From an uncultured Alphaproteobacteria bacterium (GTDB taxonomy: Bacteria > Pseudomonadota > Alphaproteobacteria > CAAGCB01 > CAG-977), in NCBI GenBank assembly GCA_944391535.1, contig CALXTY010000003.1, positions 1 to 39,225 on the forward strand: a DNA stretch of 39,225 nt. The letters are read 5' to 3'. The translations under genes were made by a program, and so were the position numbers. The notes below the pieces were generated by a model. The model saw only the letters and a list, made by a program, of their open reading frames with translations. It had not been told where the DNA came from and made no database searches. Shown one piece after another: positions 1-9,838 of this stretch; the stretch's first letter is position 1; every line of letters begins with the position of its first letter.

Positions 1-366
1 TTCCTTGCTGAAGCCCGAGTGCAAAATCATAGTTTCGGCAATCTGATTTTCAATCGTATGCAACGGATTTAAAGACGTCATCGGTTCTTGGAAAATCATC
101 GCCGCCCGATTGCCTCTGAAGTCACGCAAGAGATATTCGTTCGCTCCGATCAGCTCGCGCGCGTTAAACTTAATCGATCCCGCTTGAGACACATAAGAAT
201 AATCCAGCAACTGCATGATCGACAAAGCCGTTACCGACTTGCCCGATCCGCTTTCGCCCACCAAAGCGACCGTTTCCCCTTTGTCGATCTGAAAAGACAC
301 ACCGCTTACGACCGGCGGATTTTGACCGAAACGAACACTGAGATTTTGAACACTGAGCAACGTCAT
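1..366 (-). CDS. yejF: Oligopeptide/microcin C ABC transporter ATP-binding subunit (5' part; runs off the window)
   Basis: Not in the ORF track. Manual translation from ATG at 366 (ATGA overlap with the yejE stop) gives [54 protein letters not shown], with Walker A GESGSGKS. Follows yejABE. Confidence 0.88.
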   Translation of the reverse strand, partial: MTLLSVQNLSVRFGQNPPVVSGVSFQIDKGETVALVGESGSGKSVTALSIMQLLDYSYVSQAGSIKFNARELIGANEYLLRDFRGNRAAMIFQEPMTSLNPLHTIENQIAETMILHSGFSKE

Positions 367-1379
367 TTGTTTTTCCTCGGATCAAAAGCGTCACGGACGG
401 CTTCTCCGATAAAGACCAGAACGGTCAACAAAAAAGCCAAAGCAACAAAAGCGGACGCCGCCAGCCACGGCGCTTGGAGATTTTCTTTGCCCTGACGCAC
501 CAAATCGCCCAAAGACGGCGACCCCGGCGGCAATCCGAACCCTAAAAAGTCCAACGCCGTCAAAGAAACGACCGCTCCCGATAAAATAAACGGTAAATAC
601 GTCAAAGTCGCCACCATCGCATTGGGGAAAACGTGTTTAAAGATGATGACAAAGTCGGGCACGCCCAAAGCATATGCCGCCTTGACGTAATCAAAATTTC
701 TCGCGCGCAGAAATTCCGCCCGAACCACCGGCACCAAAGCCGTCCATGAAAACAACAGCAATACAAACAATAAAGACCAAAACCCCGGCGCGATAATGCT
801 GGACACGATAATCAGGACGAACAACTGCGGCAAAGATCCCCATATTTCCAAAAAACGCTGGGCGAACAAATCGATTTTTCCGCCGAAATATCCTTGCACG
901 GCACCGGCGAACACGCCGATCAGCGAAGAAACCGTCGTCAAAATCAATCCGAAAATCAACGAATACCGCATACCGTAAATCAAACGCGTCAAAACATCAC
1001 GCCCCAAATCGTCCGTCCCCAACCAGTTTTCGGCACTCGGCGGACAAGGCGCCGGCGTCTTCAAGCGATAATTGATCGTATCGTAACTGTACGGAATCAA
1101 CGGCATGACAAAGAAACCTTTTTCGTTGATTTTCTTTTGCACATAAGGATCCGTATAGTCTGTCGCCGTTTTAAACGTTCCGCCGAATGTCGTTTCGGGA
1201 TATTCCTGAAAAATCGGGAAATACCATTGTCCGTCATAACGCACGATCAACGGTTTGTCGTTTGCGACAAAGTCCGCCGCGCAAACAAAAACAAACACGA
1301 AACAAAAAACGATAAAAGCGTAATAGCCGCGTTTATTGGCTTTGAATTTCCGCCAGCGTTCTTTTGCGCGTTCATTCAT
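363..1379 (-). CDS. yejE: Oligopeptide ABC transporter permease (YejE/OppC type)
   Basis: [16 protein letters not shown] motif, EAA-like loop ([10 protein letters not shown]), C-terminal [12 protein letters not shown]. Start moved to ATG 1379 (MNERAKE), preceded by GGAGGT. Confidence 0.9.
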   Translation of the reverse strand: MNERAKERWRKFKANKRGYYAFIVFCFVFVFVCAADFVANDKPLIVRYDGQWYFPIFQEYPETTFGGTFKTATDYTDPYVQKKINEKGFFVMPLIPYSYDTINYRLKTPAPCPPSAENWLGTDDLGRDVLTRLIYGMRYSLIFGLILTTVSSLIGVFAGAVQGYFGGKIDLFAQRFLEIWGSLPQLFVLIIVSSIIAPGFWSLLFVLLLFSWTALVPVVRAEFLRARNFDYVKAAYALGVPDFVIIFKHVFPNAMVATLTYLPFILSGAVVSLTALDFLGFGLPPGSPSLGDLVRQGKENLQAPWLAASAFVALAFLLTVLVFIGEAVRDAFDPRKNK

Positions 1380-2481
1380 GGCGACCTCCGAAATCAATGC
1401 GCGGATCAACCAGATGATACGTCATGTCACTGGCCAGATTTAACAACAATCCGATCAACCCGAAAATATACAACGTTCCGAAAATAACCGGATAATCCCG
1501 CGTCATGACGGCTTCAAAGCCCAACAGTCCCAAGCCGTCCAAAGAAAAGATCACTTCGATTAAAACGGATCCCGTAAACAGCATGCTGATCAAAACGGCG
1601 GGGAAACCGGCCAAAACAATCAGCATGGCATTTCTGAACACATGGCCGTAGAGCACCGCCGTATTATCCAATCCTTTGGCTTTTGCTGTTAAGACGTATT
1701 GTTTGGAAATTTCTTCCATAAACGAGTTCTTCGTCAACATGGTCAATCCCGCGAATCCGCCCGCGACCATAGCGCAAACGGGCATCACCAAATGCCAAAA
1801 ATAATCTTTGATCTTACCGAATGTCGTCAACTGATCGAAATTTTCCGAAAACAATCCGCGCAAAGGAAACCAATTCAAATATTGACCGCCGCAAAAAACG
1901 ACAATCAGCATCATGGCGAACAAAAAAGCCGGCACGGCATAGCCGATGATGATGACCCAACTGGAAACGGCGTCAAACTTCGATCCGTCCCGAACGGCTT
2001 TCAGAATCCCCAAAGGAATGGATACCAGATAAATGATCAATGTCGTCCAGATGCCCAAAGAAACAGAGACCGGCATTTTTTCTTTAATCAGTTCGATGAC
2101 CGATGTATCGCGATAAAAGCTCTTCCCGAAATCAAAGCACAGATAATTTTTGATCATCGTAAAAAAGCGGACAAGCAAAGGCTTGTCAAAGCCGAACTGA
2201 ACTTCGAGTTCTTTGATCAAAGCGGGATCCAGTCCCTGAGCGCCGCGATATTTCGAATGAAGCGCATAGTTTTGTTTCCCCGTCTGAGCCGAAGCCATAC
2301 CGCCTTCGGCGGCACCGCCTCCGATTTTCGCCGTAGCCGACAAAGAGCCGTTTTGTATTTTCGCGATCACCTGTTCGACAGGACCGCCCGGCGCCAATTG
2401 GACAAACAAAAAATTCACCGCCATGATACCGAACAACGTTAAAGGAATTAAAGCCAGACGGCGTAAGAAATACCGGAACAT
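1372..2481 (-). CDS. yejB: Oligopeptide ABC transporter permease (YejB/OppB type)
   Basis: [50 protein letters not shown]. Confidence 0.92.
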   Translation of the reverse strand: MFRYFLRRLALIPLTLFGIMAVNFLFVQLAPGGPVEQVIAKIQNGSLSATAKIGGGAAEGGMASAQTGKQNYALHSKYRGAQGLDPALIKELEVQFGFDKPLLVRFFTMIKNYLCFDFGKSFYRDTSVIELIKEKMPVSVSLGIWTTLIIYLVSIPLGILKAVRDGSKFDAVSSWVIIIGYAVPAFLFAMMLIVVFCGGQYLNWFPLRGLFSENFDQLTTFGKIKDYFWHLVMPVCAMVAGGFAGLTMLTKNSFMEEISKQYVLTAKAKGLDNTAVLYGHVFRNAMLIVLAGFPAVLISMLFTGSVLIEVIFSLDGLGLLGFEAVMTRDYPVIFGTLYIFGLIGLLLNLASDMTYHLVDPRIDFGGRHE

Positions 2482-4362
2482 TTAAAACCACTCCTTTAAG
2501 CGTTGATAGACCGTTTTGCGATCCTGCGCCGCGGCTTCTTTTTCTTTTTGACGCAAAGCCTTTAAGGCCTGATCTTTTTTCGGATCGACCCACCACGTCA
2601 TCAGCTGCACCCCTTTCATCAAAGGATCTTTCAACATACCGAACTTATTCCAATACACCAAGCGCACCGAAGGCACATACCAATGCGGCACGACATAATA
2701 TTCCCAAAGCAAGACCCGATCCAAAGCTTTGGTGGCGGCAACCAGACTTTGGCGATCGGGCGCTTCAATAATTTCTTCGATCAATGCATCGACAACGGGA
2801 TTTTTAATGCCGGCGTAATTTTGCGATCCCGCCATATCCGCCGCCGAAGATCCCCAAAAATAGCGTTGTTCGTTACCCGGAGACGTGGACTGTCCCCAGA
2901 TATTGACAATCATGTCATAGTCAAACGTATCCGTTCTGTTTTTATATTGCGTTGAATCGACAGCCCGCAAAACCGCCTGTATGCCCAAACGTTTCAAGTT
3001 ACGGATATACGGCAACGTAATGCGTTCCCAAGCCGAAGACGAAGCGGAATCAATTAAAATTTCAAATTTGAACGCTTCGCCCCGTTCGTTTTTCAAAACG
3101 CCGTCTTGCACCGTCCAACCGGCTTGTTCCAACAGTTTGAAAGCCTCTTCCAATTGCGGACGAATATTGCCGTCCGCGGTTGTTTTTTCCAAAGCGAATT
3201 TTTTCTTAAAAACTTCCGGCGGCAATTGATCTTCGTACTTCTTTAAAAGCTTTAATTCCCGACCGCGCGGCAATCCTTTCGCCGCCATTTCCGAATTATC
3301 AAAATAGCTCTGCGTCCTTTGGTATAAACCGTAAAACAGATTCTTGTTCGTCCATTCGAAATCAAAAACCAGCCCCAACGCCTGACGCACCCGTTTGTCC
3401 GCAAAGATCGCCCGCCGCGTGTTAAACACAAATCCCTGCATACCGGAAGGCATACCGTGATCAAAGCTTTCTTTGATCAAACCGTTTTTTTGCGAAAACC
3501 CTTCATACGCGGACACCCACTTTTTGGCTTCGTTTTCCACGCGCAAATCAAAAGCGGCGGATTTAAACGCTTCAACGGCAACGGTCGCGTCACGGTAATA
3601 ATCGTAGCGGATTTTATCAAAATTATAAAAGCCTTTCACCGCCGGCAAATCTTTCGCCCAATAATCCGGATCGCGTTCGTAGACGACATAACGCCCCGTT
3701 TCAAACTCTCCGACTTTATACGGACCGCTGCCGACAGGAGGCGTCAACGTGGTCGCCGAAAAGTCTTTGTCTTCCCAGTACTTTTTGGAAAAAACGGGCA
3801 TTTGTCCCAAAATCAACGGCAATTCCCGATTGTCCCCCGGCTTGAACTTGAACAACACGCGCAACGGTTCTTCGGCCGTCACCTCCTCGACATTGCCGTA
3901 ATAATACCGGAACATCGGCAAGCCCTTTGTGCGCAAAATATTAAAAGAAAAAACCACATCTTCCGCCGTGATCGGCGTACCGTCATGAAAGCGCGCCTTT
4001 TTGTTGATATTGAAAACGACCCAAGAACGGTCTTTGGGCATTTCGATCGTTTCGGCGATCAAACCGTATTCGGAAAAAGGTTCGTCCGCGGATTCAACCA
4101 TCAACGTATCAAACAACATTCCCGCTCCCGCCGCGGAAACCCCTTTGATCGTATAAGGGTTGAAAGTGTCAAAACTGCCGAAAGCCGACAGTTTCAACAT
4201 TCCGCCTTTCGGAGCATCGGGATTGGCGTAATCAAAGTTTTTAAAATTCCACCCGTAACGCGGCCTGCCGTGCATGGCGACACCTTTGGCGGGGGTTGCC
4301 TCGTATTCGGCAAAAGCGGGGCATGAAAACAACAAACAAATAAAAACTAAAAATACTTTCAC
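2482..4362 (-). CDS. yejA: Oligopeptide ABC transporter substrate-binding protein (family 5, YejA type)
   Basis: Signal peptide; AMHGRPRY, FDYANPDAPKGG, FDTFNPY, GSGPY, SPGNEQRYFWGS, ALDRVLLW. Adjacent to yejB. Confidence 0.9.
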   Translation of the reverse strand: MKVFLVFICLLFSCPAFAEYEATPAKGVAMHGRPRYGWNFKNFDYANPDAPKGGMLKLSAFGSFDTFNPYTIKGVSAAGAGMLFDTLMVESADEPFSEYGLIAETIEMPKDRSWVVFNINKKARFHDGTPITAEDVVFSFNILRTKGLPMFRYYYGNVEEVTAEEPLRVLFKFKPGDNRELPLILGQMPVFSKKYWEDKDFSATTLTPPVGSGPYKVGEFETGRYVVYERDPDYWAKDLPAVKGFYNFDKIRYDYYRDATVAVEAFKSAAFDLRVENEAKKWVSAYEGFSQKNGLIKESFDHGMPSGMQGFVFNTRRAIFADKRVRQALGLVFDFEWTNKNLFYGLYQRTQSYFDNSEMAAKGLPRGRELKLLKKYEDQLPPEVFKKKFALEKTTADGNIRPQLEEAFKLLEQAGWTVQDGVLKNERGEAFKFEILIDSASSSAWERITLPYIRNLKRLGIQAVLRAVDSTQYKNRTDTFDYDMIVNIWGQSTSPGNEQRYFWGSSAADMAGSQNYAGIKNPVVDALIEEIIEAPDRQSLVAATKALDRVLLWEYYVVPHWYVPSVRLVYWNKFGMLKDPLMKGVQLMTWWVDPKKDQALKALRQKEKEAAAQDRKTVYQRLKEWF

Positions 4363-5132
4363 GAATTAAGCGCCTCCGTGAGAACCGGCTGCAATCGGGG
4401 ATCACCCGCGGCCAGAATATGCGTATCCTTTGTTTCAAACAAATCATCGCCCCGCCAATTTGTCATAACGCCGCCCGCGCCGCACACGATCGGAATCAAA
4501 GCGGCGTAATCGTACAATTTCATATCGGCTTCGCAAACAATATCCGCGCTTCCCATGGACAACAAAGCGTATCCGTAGCAATCCGTACTGAAACGAGCCG
4601 TCTTAACCTTGTTTAACAACTTTTCAAAAGAATGCTTGTCTTTTTCATCGGCGAACATTTGTTTATCCGCCGTTGAAAGCAATGTCGCACGGGACAGATC
4701 CGTACACGGACGCGTTTTAACGGCGTTTCCGTTAAAAGTGGTGGGCTTTCCCTGAACGCCGACCCAGCGTTCTTTCGTATATGGCTGATTGATCAATCCC
4801 AAGACGGGATTTCCGCAATACAGCAAAGCGATCAAAGTCCCGAACAAAGGTACTCCGGAAATAAAAGACTTTGTCCCGTCAATCGGGTCAAGCACCCAGA
4901 CAAATTCGGCGTCTTTGTTTTTTTCGCCAAATTCTTCGCCGATGATACCGTCATCAGGAAAATACTGTTCGATCAGATCGCGCATCACGGTTTCGCTGTT
5001 TTTATCGGCTTGAGTAACCGGAGAAGTGTCCGCCTTATCTTCGACATCAAAGGAACGGCGAAAGTATTTTAAAATCACTTCCCCTGCGGCATCCGCCATT
5101 TGATGCGCAAAAACACTGCGAGACTCAAACAT
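4359..5132 (-). CDS. hisN: Histidinol-phosphate phosphatase (inositol monophosphatase family)
   Basis: SPVTQAD, IIGEE, WVLDPIDGTKSFISG, DCYGY, YDYAALIPIV. Confidence 0.8.
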   Translation of the reverse strand: MFESRSVFAHQMADAAGEVILKYFRRSFDVEDKADTSPVTQADKNSETVMRDLIEQYFPDDGIIGEEFGEKNKDAEFVWVLDPIDGTKSFISGVPLFGTLIALLYCGNPVLGLINQPYTKERWVGVQGKPTTFNGNAVKTRPCTDLSRATLLSTADKQMFADEKDKHSFEKLLNKVKTARFSTDCYGYALLSMGSADIVCEADMKLYDYAALIPIVCGAGGVMTNWRGDDLFETKDTHILAAGDPRLQPVLTEALNS

Positions 5133-5886
5133 ACTTTTTCATCCACTTCAAACCGTCCGTCGTTTTCATGCGCGGCGTGTAAGAACAACCGACATGCCCT
5201 TGATAGCCCTGCATTTCCAACAAAGACAACAAGTAATCGTAATTGATTTCCCCCGCATCGGGTTCTTCGCCCGTCGGAACGCCGGCGATACGAACGTGAC
5301 CGATCAACGAAATCAATCCGTCAATCGTATTGCTCAGTCCGCCTTCGCTCATCTGGGACTGATACACATCAAACAAATAAGCGAACGCCTTATCGTCATT
5401 GAGTTCATCAAGAATTTCCAAAACTTCCAATGTCGAAGCCGGATAAAAATCCGGATTTTCAATCGGATTTTTAAATCCCAATAAAATTCTGACGCCGTTT
5501 TGACGCGCGCGCGGAGCGACGGCTTTCAAAGCTTGAACGAACGCTTCTCTTTCTTCGTCAAAGGTCGTTTCCGAAACGACTTTTCCGGAAATGAAAATCT
5601 TCTTACATTCCAGAAAATCCGCTTTGTCGAGCAAATCGTCAAAAGTTTCGATAAACTTTCTTTTCGATTTCTTGTCAAAAGCCGATGCCGATTTGTCGGC
5701 AGGCATTGTCAACACGGAAACCTTTAAGCCGTCATAAGCGGCGGCATCCCCCAATTGTCCCAAAGACACTTCTTCAGGCAGGGTAAATTCAACGGATTGA
5801 AAGCCGTTATCCCTTGCCGCTTTGCAACGATCCAAAAAAGGTTCTTCCGTAAACAGGCGATCAATATCGGCGCAAAAAGAAACCAT
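5125..5886 (-). CDS. Hydroxypyruvate isomerase-like TIM-barrel protein with degenerate active-site residues
   Basis: LFTEEPFLDR..AARDNGFQSVEF, FDVYQSQMSEG, EPDAGEINY, GYQGHVGCSYTP...GLKW follow the Hyi family. Start ATG 5886 overlaps the upstream TAA (TAATG). Confidence 0.75.
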   Translation of the reverse strand: MVSFCADIDRLFTEEPFLDRCKAARDNGFQSVEFTLPEEVSLGQLGDAAAYDGLKVSVLTMPADKSASAFDKKSKRKFIETFDDLLDKADFLECKKIFISGKVVSETTFDEEREAFVQALKAVAPRARQNGVRILLGFKNPIENPDFYPASTLEVLEILDELNDDKAFAYLFDVYQSQMSEGGLSNTIDGLISLIGHVRIAGVPTGEEPDAGEINYDYLLSLLEMQGYQGHVGCSYTPRMKTTDGLKWMKKYV

Positions 5887-6869
5887 TATCCGATCATTTC
5901 CTTTATTCTGGCGGCAACGTCCCAAGCCGGATTCAAACGCTTATGTTCCGATCCCGCGACAGGAACCGGATTTTCGCTTAACTCTACGGCATAGCCGTTT
6001 TGATACAGTTCCCGATGCAGCGCGGCGTGCTTTTTGCCGACCGTTCCTTCGGGTGCGTAAATATAAACCGGCGCATCGGCGGCACAGGATTCAGAACACA
6101 TGGACACGGAATCGCCCGTTACGATGATATGATCCGCCAACGCCAAAAATCCGAAATACGGATTTTCGATTTCCTTGTTGCCCCACCCGTAAAAAAACTT
6201 CGGATCGGGTAAAGCTTCGCGAATGATTTTTTCCTGTTTTTCTCCCGTGCGTCGGGAAGTCGTGACCAAAAAAGATCCCTGATCGCCCAAAGCTTTCTTT
6301 AAAGCGACAGATCTGTTCGCAAGATCTTGAGCCATTTCGGTCGTAAACGGTTTGTCTTTTGTCGCGCCGCCGACAATTAAAGCAATACGGGGAACGGGCA
6401 AACTTTCAAATACCTTGCCCCATTTTTCTTTTTCGATGACCAAACGTTCGGGCGTAATGCGATGCGGCGCTCCGGTCGTACGCATGATATTCGGACGAAC
6501 CAACTTACAACCGTCATGATTGGGCAACACGACCAAATCAAAATCCGACAAACCGAAGTATCCGGGGAACATAATCTGTACGATCTTTGTTTTGCCTCCC
6601 GATTGCTTTTTGATGTAACGCAACAAAGGAGCCGCCCGTCTGCCGGCCGCAATCGCCACATCAGGAAAAGGTTCTTTGATTTCCTCAATCGTTTCCTTTG
6701 TTACGCCTAAAAGAGATGATCCTCTGATCACGTTCGGCAGAACAACCGCTTTGGTATAACGTACTTTTTTGACAATGATCTCTGCGCCCAAAGCTTCGGC
6801 TGTTCCTAAAGCTTGCGCCGTATTGCCGGCTCTGTCATCGGCCAGCACCCATATTGTTTTATCAGTCAC
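5886..6869 (-). CDS. Mitochondrial fission ELM1 family protein (putative nucleoside-diphosphate-sugar binding)
   Basis: WVLADDRAGNTAQALG, FDLVVLPNHD, TTSRRT, NPYFGFLALADHIIVTGDSVSMCSE. Likely GTG start at 6869 after AGAAGG. Confidence 0.85.
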   Translation of the reverse strand: MTDKTIWVLADDRAGNTAQALGTAEALGAEIIVKKVRYTKAVVLPNVIRGSSLLGVTKETIEEIKEPFPDVAIAAGRRAAPLLRYIKKQSGGKTKIVQIMFPGYFGLSDFDLVVLPNHDGCKLVRPNIMRTTGAPHRITPERLVIEKEKWGKVFESLPVPRIALIVGGATKDKPFTTEMAQDLANRSVALKKALGDQGSFLVTTSRRTGEKQEKIIREALPDPKFFYGWGNKEIENPYFGFLALADHIIVTGDSVSMCSESCAADAPVYIYAPEGTVGKKHAALHRELYQNGYAVELSENPVPVAGSEHKRLNPAWDVAARIKEMIG

Positions 6870-6959
6870 TTTACCCTTCTTTTTGTTAATGAAATCCAAA
6901 TGAATTTAAAATAGAATACCTAAAATTATGGAAAAAAAACATTAAGAAAGTAATCTTTC

Positions 6960-8069
6960 ATGGTCAAAAAAGCATATTTTTATTCAATTTTTGTTTTTTT
7001 TGCTTTTCTGGCTTGCCCGAAAGCGCAGGAAACATCGATCCCTGACGATTTTGACCCGTTGGAAGAACGCTTTAAAATCGAAGCCGCCTATATCCCGAAT
7101 TATCGCGAAATGATGCGTGACGTCGTTGTGGCGTTGGGACAATACGCCCGCGAAAACAGACCGGAATTTCAAATCATCATTGACGGCGGTTTCGATCTGT
7201 TGACACGCGGACAATGGGAAAACGATCTTGACGATCTGCATCGCGCCGAAATGGCCGGAGCCCAAACAGATGACGAAAGATTTCTGCTAAAACTGTTTTC
7301 TCCCGAAAATCCGGTGCCGGTCGGCGCCCCGATCCGAAGATACATCATGGCCGTCAACGGCGTGTTGCTGACAAACCAAATCTGCGGAAATGCAAAAGGA
7401 AAACCGGATCCCGAATTTGAAAAAATCATCAAAGATTACGGTCTGTCCGTCATCGGCGCGGAACACTGTTCTTCGATAAAAGAAAAAAACAACGCTTTGC
7501 TGGCTTTGGCCAAAAAAGAAATTCCCGTCCATGCCGATACCGATCTGAATAAAAAATTCGATTCCATTCCCAATCAAACAGACTTGTTTTTGGAAAATCC
7601 GAATAATATTGATTCTCTGGATAAAGTCCGGAATATGTTAATCATGACCAACACCAGAAATTTTTCCGACAAGGACTTGTGGTTGCAGGCTTTGGGAAAT
7701 ACGAATTACGATTTGCTGATCATCGAACCGTTTTTTAAATCAAATATTCCTTTGACCAAAGAAGACGTTAAACAAATTCAAGCCAAAAAATTGGGCGCCA
7801 GACGGTTGGTCTTTGCCGTTTTAAATGTCGCGGTCGCCGAAGACACACGTCTTTACTGGGAAAAAAGCTGGAAAACAAACGAACCCGCATGGTTGAGATT
7901 TCAATCCAAAACCAATCCCGCCGGCGTGATTGTCGATTATTGGAATCCGGCATGGAAACGCATTGTCGGCATTTATTTTAAAAGCATTATGGATCTGGGG
8001 TTTGACGGTATCGTTTTGCAAGGCATTGACGAACACAAAACCTACGAGCGCATCATTCCGATTAACTAG
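6960..8069 (+). CDS. Exported GH114/PelA-like (endo-alpha-1,4-polygalactosaminidase-like) protein, apparently permuted and degenerate
   Basis: Signal peptide; NYREMMRDVV, TNYDLLIIEPF, RRLVFAVLNVAVAEDTRLYW, VDYWNPAWK, GFDGIVL. Confidence 0.65.
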   Translation: MVKKAYFYSIFVFFAFLACPKAQETSIPDDFDPLEERFKIEAAYIPNYREMMRDVVVALGQYARENRPEFQIIIDGGFDLLTRGQWENDLDDLHRAEMAGAQTDDERFLLKLFSPENPVPVGAPIRRYIMAVNGVLLTNQICGNAKGKPDPEFEKIIKDYGLSVIGAEHCSSIKEKNNALLALAKKEIPVHADTDLNKKFDSIPNQTDLFLENPNNIDSLDKVRNMLIMTNTRNFSDKDLWLQALGNTNYDLLIIEPFFKSNIPLTKEDVKQIQAKKLGARRLVFAVLNVAVAEDTRLYWEKSWKTNEPAWLRFQSKTNPAGVIVDYWNPAWKRIVGIYFKSIMDLGFDGIVLQGIDEHKTYERIIPIN

Positions 8070-9837
8070 CCAAAGCTAAATCCTCAATAATGAACTGCAC
8101 GTTGTCGCCACCGCGAAAAGTGTCCGGACGAATGTATCCCGCGATATGAAACAGATTTCCTTTATGGTTCAGCAAAGAACACCCGATAATGGAATCCGCC
8201 GCACGAAAAGCGATGGCGCGCAACCGCGACCTGCCGTTGCGTCCGACAAAAGAACACGACACATGACCGGATCCGACGATACGCACGGAAGAAACCGCCA
8301 CGTCGGGGATAACAAAACGCGGTTCCGGATTGCCTTCACCAAACGGTTCCATCGCATTCAACGTTTCCAAAAGATTACCGGAAACGGCTCCGATATCTAT
8401 AACGGAATCTATTAAATAATCTTCCGAACCACCCTGTTCTTGTTTATGCGTTTCGAAATATTCAATTAAAAAGTTTTTAAACTCGTCTGCCTTTTCCGCT
8501 TTTAACGAAAAGCCCGCCGCCATCGCATGACCGCCTCCGGTCATTAAAATGCCTTTTTCTTTCGCCGCCAAAACCGCCGCGCCCAGATCGGCTCCGGCGA
8601 CAGAACGTCCCGATCCGCGCAGTTCGTCGCCTTCCTGAGACATCACCAAAGACGGAACGTTATAACGTTCTTTTAATCGGCCGGCTATAATTCCGACAAC
8701 GCCCGAATGCCAGTCCTTACCGTAAACAAACGCAATATTCTCTTGTGTTTGCGCACGTTCCATCTGCGCAATCGCCTGTTTGTAAATTTCTTCGCACATT
8801 TGGCGGCGGATCGTGTTTAAATCATCAAGACGTTTGGCGATTTCCCCAGCCTCCGCCTCATCGGCGGCACACAGCAGTTTCATGCCTAAAGAAGCGTTTC
8901 CGATCCGTCCGCACGCATTCAATCTGGGGCCGATCACAAATCCCAAATGATACGCGGAAGGTTTTTCTTTGATATTGGCCAAATCGCTTAAAACACATAA
9001 GCCCTTGTTTTTTCTTTGCGCCATCGTGGCCAGTCCCGACTTGACAAACAATCTGTTCAACCCCCGCAAAGCAACCACATCGCAGACCGTCCCCAAAGCG
9101 ACCAAATCCAAAAACTGCATTAAATTCGGTTCCGGCTTGTCCGCATAAAAACCTTTTTCCCGCAATAATCGATTTACCGCGACAATCGTCATAAACACAA
9201 CACCGACCGCCGCCATTTGACGACACGGATTGTCAGGCGGTTCGTCCAAACGCTTCGGATTGACCACGGCATAAACATCGGGCAAAGAAACATCGGGTTC
9301 ATGATGATCAATGACGACAACGTCTTTTCCTTGTTTTGTTAAAAAACCGAGCGGTTCAAAAGCCGTCATACCGCAATCGACCGTAATCAGCAGAGTAATA
9401 CCGGCATCAATAAATTCTTGCATCGCTTTCTGGCTGGGACCGTATCCTTCTTCACGTTCGGGAATACGGACAGTGACATCGCCCCCCAGATTTTTTAAAA
9501 ATTGCGTTATAACGGCACTTGATGTCGCTCCGTCAACATCGTAATCCCCGAAAATACCGATCTTTTCTTTATTGATGACGGCATCGCAAATCCGTTTTGC
9601 CGCTTTTTCCATATCACGTAAAATATACGGATCCGGCAAATGACGTTTAAAAGACGGAGAAAGAAAAAAAGACACGTTTTCAGGCGTCACCTGACGCACC
9701 GCCAACAATCGAGCCACCACTTCGGGCACATTCGCCGAACGGGAAATGGCCGCCACAGTGTCCGGATCCACCTTACGCGCAAACCAAAACTGCGAAGTTA
9801 AAGAATTTTCAACGCCTAAAACCGCATCATGTTTCAT
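8062..9837 (-). CDS. recJ: Single-stranded-DNA-specific exonuclease RecJ
   Basis: FGDYDVDG, ITVDCG, IDHH, GTVCDVV, PRLNACGR, GSGRS, GGGHAMAAG, EPFGEGNPEP. Confidence 0.97.
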   Translation of the reverse strand: MKHDAVLGVENSLTSQFWFARKVDPDTVAAISRSANVPEVVARLLAVRQVTPENVSFFLSPSFKRHLPDPYILRDMEKAAKRICDAVINKEKIGIFGDYDVDGATSSAVITQFLKNLGGDVTVRIPEREEGYGPSQKAMQEFIDAGITLLITVDCGMTAFEPLGFLTKQGKDVVVIDHHEPDVSLPDVYAVVNPKRLDEPPDNPCRQMAAVGVVFMTIVAVNRLLREKGFYADKPEPNLMQFLDLVALGTVCDVVALRGLNRLFVKSGLATMAQRKNKGLCVLSDLANIKEKPSAYHLGFVIGPRLNACGRIGNASLGMKLLCAADEAEAGEIAKRLDDLNTIRRQMCEEIYKQAIAQMERAQTQENIAFVYGKDWHSGVVGIIAGRLKERYNVPSLVMSQEGDELRGSGRSVAGADLGAAVLAAKEKGILMTGGGHAMAAGFSLKAEKADEFKNFLIEYFETHKQEQGGSEDYLIDSVIDIGAVSGNLLETLNAMEPFGEGNPEPRFVIPDVAVSSVRIVGSGHVSCSFVGRNGRSRLRAIAFRAADSIIGCSLLNHKGNLFHIAGYIRPDTFRGGDNVQFIIEDLALAS

Positions 9838-9838
9838 G

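Noticed and set aside
88-4326. Long plus-strand ORFs (88-495, 894-1487, 1699-2442, 3457-4326)
   Set aside because: Antisense shadows of well-supported yej genes, with no recognisable motifs.
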